DNA of 64,000 nt, taken from the NCBI GenBank assembly GCA_943788915.1, contig CALSSD010000005.1, positions 62,001-126,000 of the forward strand. The letters are read 5' to 3'. This document shows, one piece after another, positions 28,653-37,583 of this stretch (position 1 is its first letter; each line of letters starts with the position of its first letter). The DNA comes from an uncultured Acidimicrobiales bacterium. Its GTDB lineage: Bacteria > Actinomycetota > Acidimicrobiia > Acidimicrobiales > UBA10347. A program made the position numbers and the translations under genes. The notes below the pieces were generated by a model, which worked only from the letters and a program-made list of their open reading frames with translations, ran no database searches and had not been told where the DNA came from.

Positions 28653-29501
28653 ATGAGAGTTCTGCGAGTAGGCGGCGTTCACGAGCCATTCAACCTTCCG
28701 TGGCTGCGAGCGTTCGAAGACAACGCCTTCGCCCACCTCGGGGTCGAGGTCACGTTCACCGACTTTGACGGTGGCACCGGTGCACTGGTCGGAGCGCTCG
28801 AGGACGGAGCCATCGACCTGGCAACCGTCCTCACCGAAGGTGGCGTCACTGCCATTGGCCGGGGCAGCAGGATCCGACTGCACAGCGCGTTCGTCACCAG
28901 CCCGCTGCGTTGGGGTATCCATGTGGCGGCAAAAGCGACGCAGAACAACATCGCCGAACTCGAGGGCAAAAAGTTTGCTATCTCTCGATTCGGTTCGGGC
29001 AGCGAGCTCATGGCCTACGAGCTTGCAAATCAGCAAGGCTAGAAACTCGACGACACGCAGTTCGTGGTCGCGGGTGGGGTCGATGGCGCCGTCGAAGCGT
29101 TGCCAAAACGCAACGCACACATCTTTTTGTGGGAGCGATTCGTAACGGCACCGCTGGTGGAACAGGGCGTGTTCGCACGTATTGGCGAGATCCCTACGCC
29201 ATGGCCCAGCTTCTACACCGCGGCACGGCCGGGCTTACTTGACCGCGACCGCCTGCTGGTCGATGCCGTGGTCGACATCATGTTTGGTTATGCCGCTGAG
29301 CTGGTGACACATCCCGAGTCGACAATCGATCTGATCGTCGACCGGTACGGCATGAGCCGACACGACGCACGCACCTGGCTCCAAGGTGTCGAATGGCCAT
29401 CTACGACGATGGTCGACACCGACGTGCTCGATTCAGTTGTGGCACGCATGGTCGAACTCGGCCGCATCGAAGAAGCCATCCCTGCAATCGATCTGGTCTG
29501 A
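28653..29501 (+). pseudogene. Type 2 periplasmic-binding-fold protein (SsuA/THI5-like) with in-frame TAG at 29040-29042
   Basis: GGVHEPFNLPW, GGTG, LTEG, SPLRWGIH, ISRFGSGS; frame continues QQG*KLDD...FLWERF..IPTPWPSF. Confidence 0.78.
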
Positions 29502-29539
29502 CCGCAGGTCCACTCAGCATCGAAGCCAGCCGCAACTAG

Positions 29540-30535
29540 CTACAGGACAACGGTTGCCGAACCAACTTCGGTTCCGGCCCGGTTGAGCAACGGCGTATTC
29601 ATCGACACCCGGTCTGGCAACACGCCCAACTGATGCAGAACCGCGGCGACAGCCTCGTCTACGCCACGGCCATTGCCGTCTTCGCACTTCAGCGCAAAGC
29701 CGATACCTCGTTCGGGTAGGGCACCCATCATTACGCCCTCGGCACCACCCTTGAGGATCATTGGCTCGGTAGCGGCCTCGGTCAACACATACGGGGTGCG
29801 CCCCGTGCCCGACACGAGGAAACTACGACTCGGAAGCGCAGCGGTGACCCGAGCCGCTGCATCCGCAAACATTGCTGGCACAGCTTCGGGCGTGACGAGA
29901 CGGGCCATTGCCTGCGCAAGCGAGACCAGCGGGAACTGGTACACCGGTATGCCGCAGCCGTCGATCACCGGGACCTGGTCCTGCAGGTCGACACCGGTCA
30001 TGAGCGCTTGAGCATCGCGCACTCGGATCTGCACCCCATGGGCAGGATCGAGATAACCAGGGACGGCGAAGGCCGGATCGTCTTCGAGATGCTTGGCCAG
30101 CGTCAGGAATCCGGTGTGTTTGCCGGAGCAGCAATTGTGGAGCGACGTCGGTGCCTGCCCCGATATGTACATGGACTTGGTGGCGTCATCATTGATCGGG
30201 TCGCTTGGCCCGCACTCCAGTGCGTCTAGGCCCATGCCGATCCGCTCCAACCAGGACGCGACAGCCGTCGTGTGTGCCTCTTCGGCGCTGTGACTCGACG
30301 ACGCCAGCGCAATCTCGTCGTCGCTCACGTCGAACTGCGCAGCCGCGCCAAGTGCGAGCATGGGTAACACTTGGATCGATTTGATCGCCGAACGAGGCAT
30401 GGTCAACCGATCGCTGTCGCCCCACGTGCTGAGCACCTGATCAGCAGTGGCGACAACGGCGTGCACCTGATGTGTCGACTCGACGAAGTCGCCTCGACGT
30501 ATTTCGACCATGATTGGAGCAGACCGATGTTGCAT
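29540..30535 (-). CDS. L-asparaginase II (Rhizobium etli-type, class 3) family protein
   Basis: RGDFVESTH, RSAIK, SSHS, CSGKH, DGCG, KGGAEG, KCEDG motifs. Confidence 0.85.
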   Translation of the reverse strand: MQHRSAPIMVEIRRGDFVESTHQVHAVVATADQVLSTWGDSDRLTMPRSAIKSIQVLPMLALGAAAQFDVSDDEIALASSSHSAEEAHTTAVASWLERIGMGLDALECGPSDPINDDATKSMYISGQAPTSLHNCCSGKHTGFLTLAKHLEDDPAFAVPGYLDPAHGVQIRVRDAQALMTGVDLQDQVPVIDGCGIPVYQFPLVSLAQAMARLVTPEAVPAMFADAAARVTAALPSRSFLVSGTGRTPYVLTEAATEPMILKGGAEGVMMGALPERGIGFALKCEDGNGRGVDEAVAAVLHQLGVLPDRVSMNTPLLNRAGTEVGSATVVL

Positions 30536-30625
30536 ACTCCGATTCTACGAGCCGACGAAAGACATTTGATCCGACATCGCCCGGCCATGAGCCCGGCCAT
30601 GCGCCGGGGACGTTAGTAGCGGTAG

Positions 30626-32371
30626 TCAGCCAGCAAAAGGCACGGCCACCAGTTCGACCTCGGCCACGCTGCCATCGAGCAACTCCACCTCCAAGATCGT
30701 GGTCTCCACAAAGTCTGTGCCGGCTTGCACCACATCGCGGATCGAGAGCACATCAGCCACTTCGCCCAGGTCAGCGGGCTCCACGTACAGGCCCCAGATG
30801 ATGCCGGCGAATTCGGTACCGAACCAGACGCGGCGACCCTCGTAGCTGCCAGCGCACTCGGTCTGCATCACCACCGTTCGGCTCACAAAGTCGTCGCCGA
30901 AGTCGTAGGTCACGGTGTGGGTGTCGCCCATATCGACGTCGACGATCTGATCAACTTCCTGCCCGACCGGAAACGCTCGCACAAACCCGCCAGCCGTTTT
31001 GCCGTACAGCGTGCGGCTACCACAGGCCGGGTCGGTCGCAAGTGTGTCGCCGACATGCCAGGTGCCATCTCCCCCGACGGCTTCGAACAGCGGCTCGACA
31101 TCGATCTGCAGCGCTGGATCAGCGGTGTCGATGAAGTGTGGGTCTGTGTTCAAGTCGTATCGAAGCAACGCCACGTTTGTATCGGCACTATCGGGGTCGA
31201 ATGACCACCCGACCGCAGCGAGAAAGCCGTCGTTAGTTAGTCGGAAGAACTGATAGTCGGCGAACTCTGAGTTGGGCAACGTGTACGTCTCGACCAGGTG
31301 GGCATCGGCAACGGAGCCGTCGTCGAGGATCTTGCCAACGAATGCATTCACGAAACCTTCACAACCTGAGGTCCATGCGATGTGTCCAGTTGGCGCCAGG
31401 TGCAGGTTGTTGACATCGGAGAAGACCAGGGTGGGTTGCGTGAGGGCCAGACGACGGTCGGCGCCGTTGCCGACCTCCAACGTGCGGGCTACACCGAACC
31501 CTTCACACCCGATTCCCCCCGCCGGATCATCGATGACCCGGTAGGTGAAACCGGCGGATGTTGCCAGCACTGGACTATTCGCGAATCCGGCATCGTCGAA
31601 GTAGCCGAACTGGTCGATGCTGACCGCCTGACCTGTCGTCAGGGAAATCTGGCGCCGCTCGACGAGCCAGGTTGCAGCATCATCAGGATCGATTTCAATG
31701 ATGACCCTGGCTTCGATCGTGTCGTCGTCAACCCATCGAATGAGGTACGGGTCGCGTTCACCGGTGCCGCCGAGGTCCAACCGATTACCCACGGACGCGA
31801 TACGTCCGTCTTGGCCGAATTCGACCCGATTCAGCCACAACACAGGATCCTCGACAGTCCCACACGAAGACAGGAGCACAGCGCTCGATCCGGAACCCGG
31901 CAGCAATTGGCGCACGTCTCCGACCTGCTCGAATCCTGCAGCCACCCCGGCAACAACGCCAGCAAACTCGCCTCGGGCAGCAACAGCAATGTTCACGACG
32001 GAGAGCGATTCGGCCGTCGCAACGTCACACGGTGTTTCATCGAACCAGGGAGAGGTAGTCCCGGCGTAGGCATACGTGCCGCCGTTGGAGATGCCCAGGA
32101 TCGTGTCGGCACGGAACTCCACCGGTGGAAGCGCCGCAGCAGGCGTGGGCTCCAGTGCCGGCGTTGGTTCAGGAGATGCGGTCGGTTCAGGAGCGTTCAC
32201 GGGTGCGCTCTGAGCTGTTGGTTCTACGCCCGGCGTCTCCACAGGCTGTGGTGTGTCGCCGTCTGATGACGAGCCGGTCTGGGTGACCGTGGCCGTACCA
32301 GTGCAGGCTGATGCAATGAGACCACACCCGAGAAGCGCCACCATCAACCGAGACACCAAACGTCCAGACAT
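30626..32371 (-). CDS. Large hypothetical lipoprotein with Pro/Thr linker and beta-rich Cys-paired modules
   Basis: Signal peptide with ASAC lipobox; EPT-rich linker. Confidence 0.65.
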   Translation of the reverse strand: MSGRLVSRLMVALLGCGLIASACTGTATVTQTGSSSDGDTPQPVETPGVEPTAQSAPVNAPEPTASPEPTPALEPTPAAALPPVEFRADTILGISNGGTYAYAGTTSPWFDETPCDVATAESLSVVNIAVAARGEFAGVVAGVAAGFEQVGDVRQLLPGSGSSAVLLSSCGTVEDPVLWLNRVEFGQDGRIASVGNRLDLGGTGERDPYLIRWVDDDTIEARVIIEIDPDDAATWLVERRQISLTTGQAVSIDQFGYFDDAGFANSPVLATSAGFTYRVIDDPAGGIGCEGFGVARTLEVGNGADRRLALTQPTLVFSDVNNLHLAPTGHIAWTSGCEGFVNAFVGKILDDGSVADAHLVETYTLPNSEFADYQFFRLTNDGFLAAVGWSFDPDSADTNVALLRYDLNTDPHFIDTADPALQIDVEPLFEAVGGDGTWHVGDTLATDPACGSRTLYGKTAGGFVRAFPVGQEVDQIVDVDMGDTHTVTYDFGDDFVSRTVVMQTECAGSYEGRRVWFGTEFAGIIWGLYVEPADLGEVADVLSIRDVVQAGTDFVETTILEVELLDGSVAEVELVAVPFAG

Positions 32372-32482
32372 GAACCCACCTGTTCCCATAACCCCACGAT
32401 ACGCGTCTCGCTCAAGGATCTGGACGCGGTTGGGGTGCCGTCCCTACCCTGCCCGACCCGCAACGCCCGATGCGCTCGCTGG

Positions 32483-35400
32483 CTAGAACAGATCGTCCAA
32501 CACTCGGCGCCAGCCATCACCCAGCGACGCCGACCACACGTCGGGCGCGTGGGTAACCCGGGCTTGGGCCGCCTTAGTCAGGGCCAGAGCGACCTGGTCA
32601 CCAACGGACTCCGCAACGGCAACAGCACGAGCGGCGTGCTCGACGGCACCAGCCTCATCGTCGGCGGAGAGTGCACCGGCAGCAGTGACGTGCGCGATAA
32701 CTCTGTCGAGATAGGTCGCACCTGGATCGTCTGCCACCAGGTCAGCATCCGCCACTGCCGATTCGCCATCTTCGACCAGAGCGAAAGCCAATGCTCGCAC
32801 CGATGTGGTGTACGGGCGACTGCCGGTGACGGCAAGCAGCTGTCCGACTGCATCGTCGGCTCTGCCGACTTGGCACAAGGCCAACGCAAGCGCCGTCTGA
32901 ACTTCGGAGTCATCGGCACCCGTCTCCTTGATTCGTTCAAGCGCAAGTTCACTGATCACCAGCGCTCGTTCGCCAAACCCCAGGTGCACCGCCGTCCCGG
33001 CTGCGACCATGGCTGGCAGGGCGATACTTCCCGCGGTCTCACTGAGCGCCAGGGCTTCCTCCATACCGCGTTCAGCTTCGGCAAAACGACCCAAGGCAAC
33101 CAACGAACGCACGTGAGGAGCGAGCGATTGCACAGTGCCGAATCGATCGCCGAGCTCACGGAAGGTTGCCAGGGAACGCCGGGACAACGCTTCGGCTTCG
33201 ACAAATTTGCCTGACCACAGCCGAATCGAGGCCACCAGTGAGTCCATCATTGCCGGGCCCCACCGCTCGCCCAGCTTCAGCGCTTCGGTCCGTGCGCCAA
33301 CAGCCAGCGTTTCAGCATCATCGAAACGCCGTTCGGAGTATGCCAGAAACGCTTTGATTGCCTGGGTCCAGCTCAAGCCGCTTCGATCACCTAGCTCCTC
33401 GAATATCGCGGTTGCCCCGTCCAGCCGGCGAGCGGCAAGCTCGGTGTCGCCCGAAAGGAACGCCACCAACGCCTTATGTTCACCAGCCCACGCTTCTGAC
33501 CGACGATCACCGAGTCTCGCAGCGAGGGCCTCGGACTCATCGAGCAGCACATCGGCCTGGTCAAGCGATCCGCCAAAGATCTCACAGAAGCCACGATCTG
33601 CAAGCGAGATCGCCAGCTCGGCATCGTTGCCGAGGTCACGGAAGATCCCAATCGAGGCATCAAGCTCTCGGCGAGCTGTGGGCAAGTCGCCCAGGCCATG
33701 TGCTTGTACACCAAGCAACCGGCGTGCCGTCCCTTCGTCGCGGCGATCATTGCCCTCGATAGCCGAGGCCAGCGCTAGGTGGCCATCGTCGCCTGCACTG
33801 TCGTACTCACGGAGTTCGGTCGCAGCGGTGCACCGCACCAACAGCAACTCCCGCAATGTCGAGGTGTCTTGGGGCTCGAGGGCTAGCGCGCGTTCTGCCT
33901 CACGACGGGCCTGACGGAATGCGCCCATCTCGAGCGAACGTTGTGCCGCTCGCAGCAATAGCCGGATGGCAATGGCAGCCATATCGGACGGAATTGTCTG
34001 GAGAGGACCAATTTCGCGATCGAGTTCGGCGGCCCGAGCCGCGTGGTTCGCAAGGCTGCTGATCGGCACGCCGACGGTCGCAGCCATCGCCTGAGCTACG
34101 CCAGCATGGCGTTCGGCTCGACTGACCTTGGTCAACGTTTCGTAGGCGACCTCGCGTACGACATCGCTGCGGAAGCGCCACCGGCCTATCCCCGACAACT
34201 CCAACAACCCAGCGGCATCGACTCGATCAAGTGCTTCACGATCAAAGGTCTGCCCTAGTTCGCGGGCGAATACTTCGAGCGATGCAACCGCACCCGCCAC
34301 ACCGAGCACCGCAGCATTTTCGATCACCGCTCGAGCTGGGCGATCGAGTAGGTCGAGGCGAGCCGCGATCAGGACACGCAGCGAACTTGGCAGTTCAAGG
34401 CCACCATCGGTGGCGTCGGGCAACATTGCGAGTTCCGAGAGAAACAGTGGATTGCCGCCGCTGCGTTCATACAGCTGGGCACGAAACGGCGCATCAACAG
34501 AGCCAGCGGTAATTGCCGTTACCAACTCGTCGGCCTCTACTCGCGTAAGAGGCTCCAGGTTCAGCGACAACGACACAACACCATCCACAACAGGAGGCCA
34601 TGTGACGTCGGCATCAGGTCGCTGTGCGGTGATCAGCAGAAACGGCCGGTCGGCCAGTGACCGGCAGATGCGATGCAACACGTCGATGAGCAGGTTGTCG
34701 GCCCATTGCAAATCATCGATACATACGATCACCGGAGTGATGGCGCTGCGTCGACGGAGCGCCTCGACGATGAGGCGAAACAGCGCGTTTCGAGCCCGGG
34801 CCAGAGGCACATCGTCGAATGCCGATGGATGGCCCGCAATTTGTAATACAGCCTCGACTAACCAGCCAAGCAGCGGATCCTGGGCGCCAAAGCCGTAGAT
34901 CGAAATTGCCTTCTCGATACTCAGGCTGCGCATACGCTCGGCCGAAGCGCTGGTCGCTAGATCTATCTGGCCAAACATCGCAGTAGCGATCGGAGCCCAC
35001 GGATTGGTCTCACCAAATGGGCGCAGGCACCGGCAAGCACAACGGTGTCTTTGTGGATCGAATCAAGGACTTCAGCGATCAGTCGAGTCTTGCCGCTCCC
35101 AGCCTCGCCGACGACCGCCACCACAGCGCTCTCGCCTGCAGCGGCGCGTTCAATCGCGGCGACGAGCGAGCGGCGTTGCCTGGCCCGACCTACGAAGGGT
35201 GTGTTACCTCGGAGCCGCAGATCGGCTCGGGGATGTTCGATCCCGCGGACCTGCCAAACCAACTCCCGCTGTTCGCGACCCCCGCACATCAAAGTCATCG
35301 ACTGCGTCGAGAAGAATCGAGGTCGATGTCAGGGCTGCGGTGGAGTCGCCCACGTAGGTGGCACCCGGCGGGGCCATCGTTTCAAGCCGAGACGCCACGT

Positions 35401-35875
35401 TCACGACGTCTCCCATCACGGTGTAGCCGTCGGTTCCGCCCACCCGTCCGAAGAGGACTTCGCCGGTGTTTATTCCGACCCGCAGCTCGACCGGCCGAGC
35501 CAGCTCTGCATGCTCAGTGACAAATGCTGCCAGTGAGCTGTGCATCTTGACCGCCGCCCGCACAGCACGGTCCGGGTCGTCTTCATGCGCTACTGGAGCG
35601 CCAAACAACGCAAGCACGCCGTCGCCGAGCACCTTGTCGATAGTTCCACCAAATTCGATGACGTCGGCGATGAGTCGTTCGAAGGCATCGTCGAGCAACC
35701 GCTTCGCTCGCTCCGGATCCAGGTATTCGACGAGACCGGTGTACCCCACGATGTCGGCGAACAATACGGTGATGAGTCGGCGTTCTTCTGTGGTCGTCGC
35801 GACAACCTGGTGCCCACAAAACGGGCAGAATCGTGCCCCTTCAGGAAGCGCCTGCAGGCACGCGGAACACGCCAT
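32483..35875 (-). CDS. Zn-ribbon + adenylate/guanylate cyclase + STAND/AAA ATPase + TPR protein; two frameshifts (~35281 and ~35020) are likely errors
   Basis: CSAC..FCPFCG, LFADIVGYT, LGDGVLALFGAP.AHEDD, GDVVNVASRL, PFVGR, GEAGSGKTRL, DDLQWAD, SGGNPLF; three ORF pieces join in order. Confidence 0.88.
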
Positions 35876-35992
35876 TGATGCTCATCCTACGATGGCCCTT
35901 GACCTGGAGCGGTGACGAACACCCGCATCGCTTGGCTGTGACTTGGCAACCGGCGCGATCACATCATGCCCCGCCTCAGGCACATGACGGGC

Positions 35993-36988
35993 CTACTCGC
36001 CCCGCAGTGGCAGCCCTGCCGCGAGATACACCGCGTCGATTGCTGCCATGTTATTGATCGAGTCTTGTCCTCTGGTCGGGAACGGTGCCCCAAGGACAAG
36101 ATGATCGACGAAGGCACGCACCATGTGGTCATAGCTGATCCCTGCTTCGACTGGGCCAGAGGTTGTACCCCGTTCGGTCGTGATGGTCAACAGGTTGCCG
36201 TTCTGGGGCGCCATCGGGTTGTCGGCCACGATCGAACCCTGAGAACCCGTGATCGTGAGACTGATCTGGGGTCCGCGCTCCATCGCACTCGTGACCGACC
36301 CGGTCGCGCCGCTGGGAAAGGCAAGTTCGCACGTGATGTACGCGTCAATCTTGTCCGGATCCTCGACCGCTTCAGCCGAGACCACCGTTGGTTCTTCGCC
36401 AGTAATGTGGCGAACCCAGCTCATGGGATAACAACCAAGATCCATGAGCGAACCACCTGACGCCGCGTAGTCCCAGCGGATGTCGATGGCACCTGATGGG
36501 CTCTGACGTGAGATTGGCACATTGAACACACCTTCGACCCGCTGCACGGTGCCGATGCGTCCACTGGCGACCTCGTCGAGGATGCGCAGGAACATGGGGT
36601 GGTAGCGATAGTGGAAGGCTTCGCACAGTACCCGGCCCTCTATTTCGGCGACCCGGACCATCTCAGTGGCTTCGGTGGCATTCGAGGCGAACGGTTTTTC
36701 GCAGAAGACGTCCTTGCCTGCACGCAGCGCAGCGATCGTCCACTCGGCGTGCAGTGACATAGGCAGCGGGTTGTACACGACGTCGACATCGTCGGCAGTG
36801 ACCAACTGTTCATAGGAATCACAGACGTTGGCGATGCGGTGGGTGTCGGCAAATGCCTGGGCTCGCGACCGGTCACGAGCCGCAACCCGCACAATCTCGA
36901 CGTTGGAAAGTTTGGCGACGGGCTCAATCAATGCTTTGGGCGTGATCCGGGCTGCACCGAGCAGGCCGATTCGAATGGGATGTCTCAC
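35993..36988 (-). CDS. Gfo/Idh/MocA family oxidoreductase
   Basis: IGLLGAARI, CEKP, EAFHYRYHP, GGSLMDLGCY motifs. Confidence 0.9.
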   Translation of the reverse strand: MRHPIRIGLLGAARITPKALIEPVAKLSNVEIVRVAARDRSRAQAFADTHRIANVCDSYEQLVTADDVDVVYNPLPMSLHAEWTIAALRAGKDVFCEKPFASNATEATEMVRVAEIEGRVLCEAFHYRYHPMFLRILDEVASGRIGTVQRVEGVFNVPISRQSPSGAIDIRWDYAASGGSLMDLGCYPMSWVRHITGEEPTVVSAEAVEDPDKIDAYITCELAFPSGATGSVTSAMERGPQISLTITGSQGSIVADNPMAPQNGNLLTITTERGTTSGPVEAGISYDHMVRAFVDHLVLGAPFPTRGQDSINNMAAIDAVYLAAGLPLRGE

Positions 36989-37583
36989 GGTTTGATCCTC
37001 ACGGTTTGATTCTTACCTGTTTGCTGACAGGCCGCACATCTGACCCGATTCGGCGCCATTTCCGAAAAGAAATTACATTAATTGAATTACACCCTTGACA
37101 TTTCGCGCTCCGAGACGATTGAATGGTGATCCTGCCTAAATGACGTGTGTGTAATTACATAGGTGACGGACTCATGTCCCGAGCGTATGTCAGAAGCACA
37201 TGTCACGACGGTGGGGCGGTTGCAACAGTTAGTCCCCGATGAAGAGAACGGGACGACTCGAGAGACTGACTGGGTGTACAGACAACACAGGTTCTGATCA
37301 ACAATCAAGATCTTTGTCGTCCGAATGCTCCAGCCGCAGCGAAGCACTGTTTCCACCGCCGGACCTCATGGTCTCGTGACGTAACCGTCACCACGGCTGG
37401 GGACAGGACTCGACGACACGTCGTCAGGTCACGCATCAGGGACTTACGTAGGGAATTCGACACTCAGGGCTGAACGAGCGTTCTGCAACGTGCGCTGCCC
37501 ATGACATGCAGACAATTGCATGCATTGGCCGCTGCACCCGACGACTCGCCAGCACATCAGGGCATCCAGATCAGGGAGAAACT

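Noticed and set aside
29040..29042. Amber recoding (pyrrolysine or alternative genetic code)
   Set aside because: Many genes in the window end in TAG at expected positions. A single TGG>TAG change explains it.
32483..35875. Cyclase-STAND-TPR protein as an Avs/Pycsar-type immune system
   Set aside because: The architecture is a common actinobacterial signalling type and has no adjacent effector. It cannot be excluded, but nothing here supports it.
37284..37320. Tandem NrdR boxes
   Set aside because: Only partial matches (CACAGGTTCTG, TCAAGATCTTTG) with atypical spacing, too weak to call.
37180..37583. Cobalamin riboswitch upstream of nrdAB
   Set aside because: AGGGAA is present at ~37450, but the following GGTG..A.TCC, GCCACTG and B12-box elements were not found by eye.
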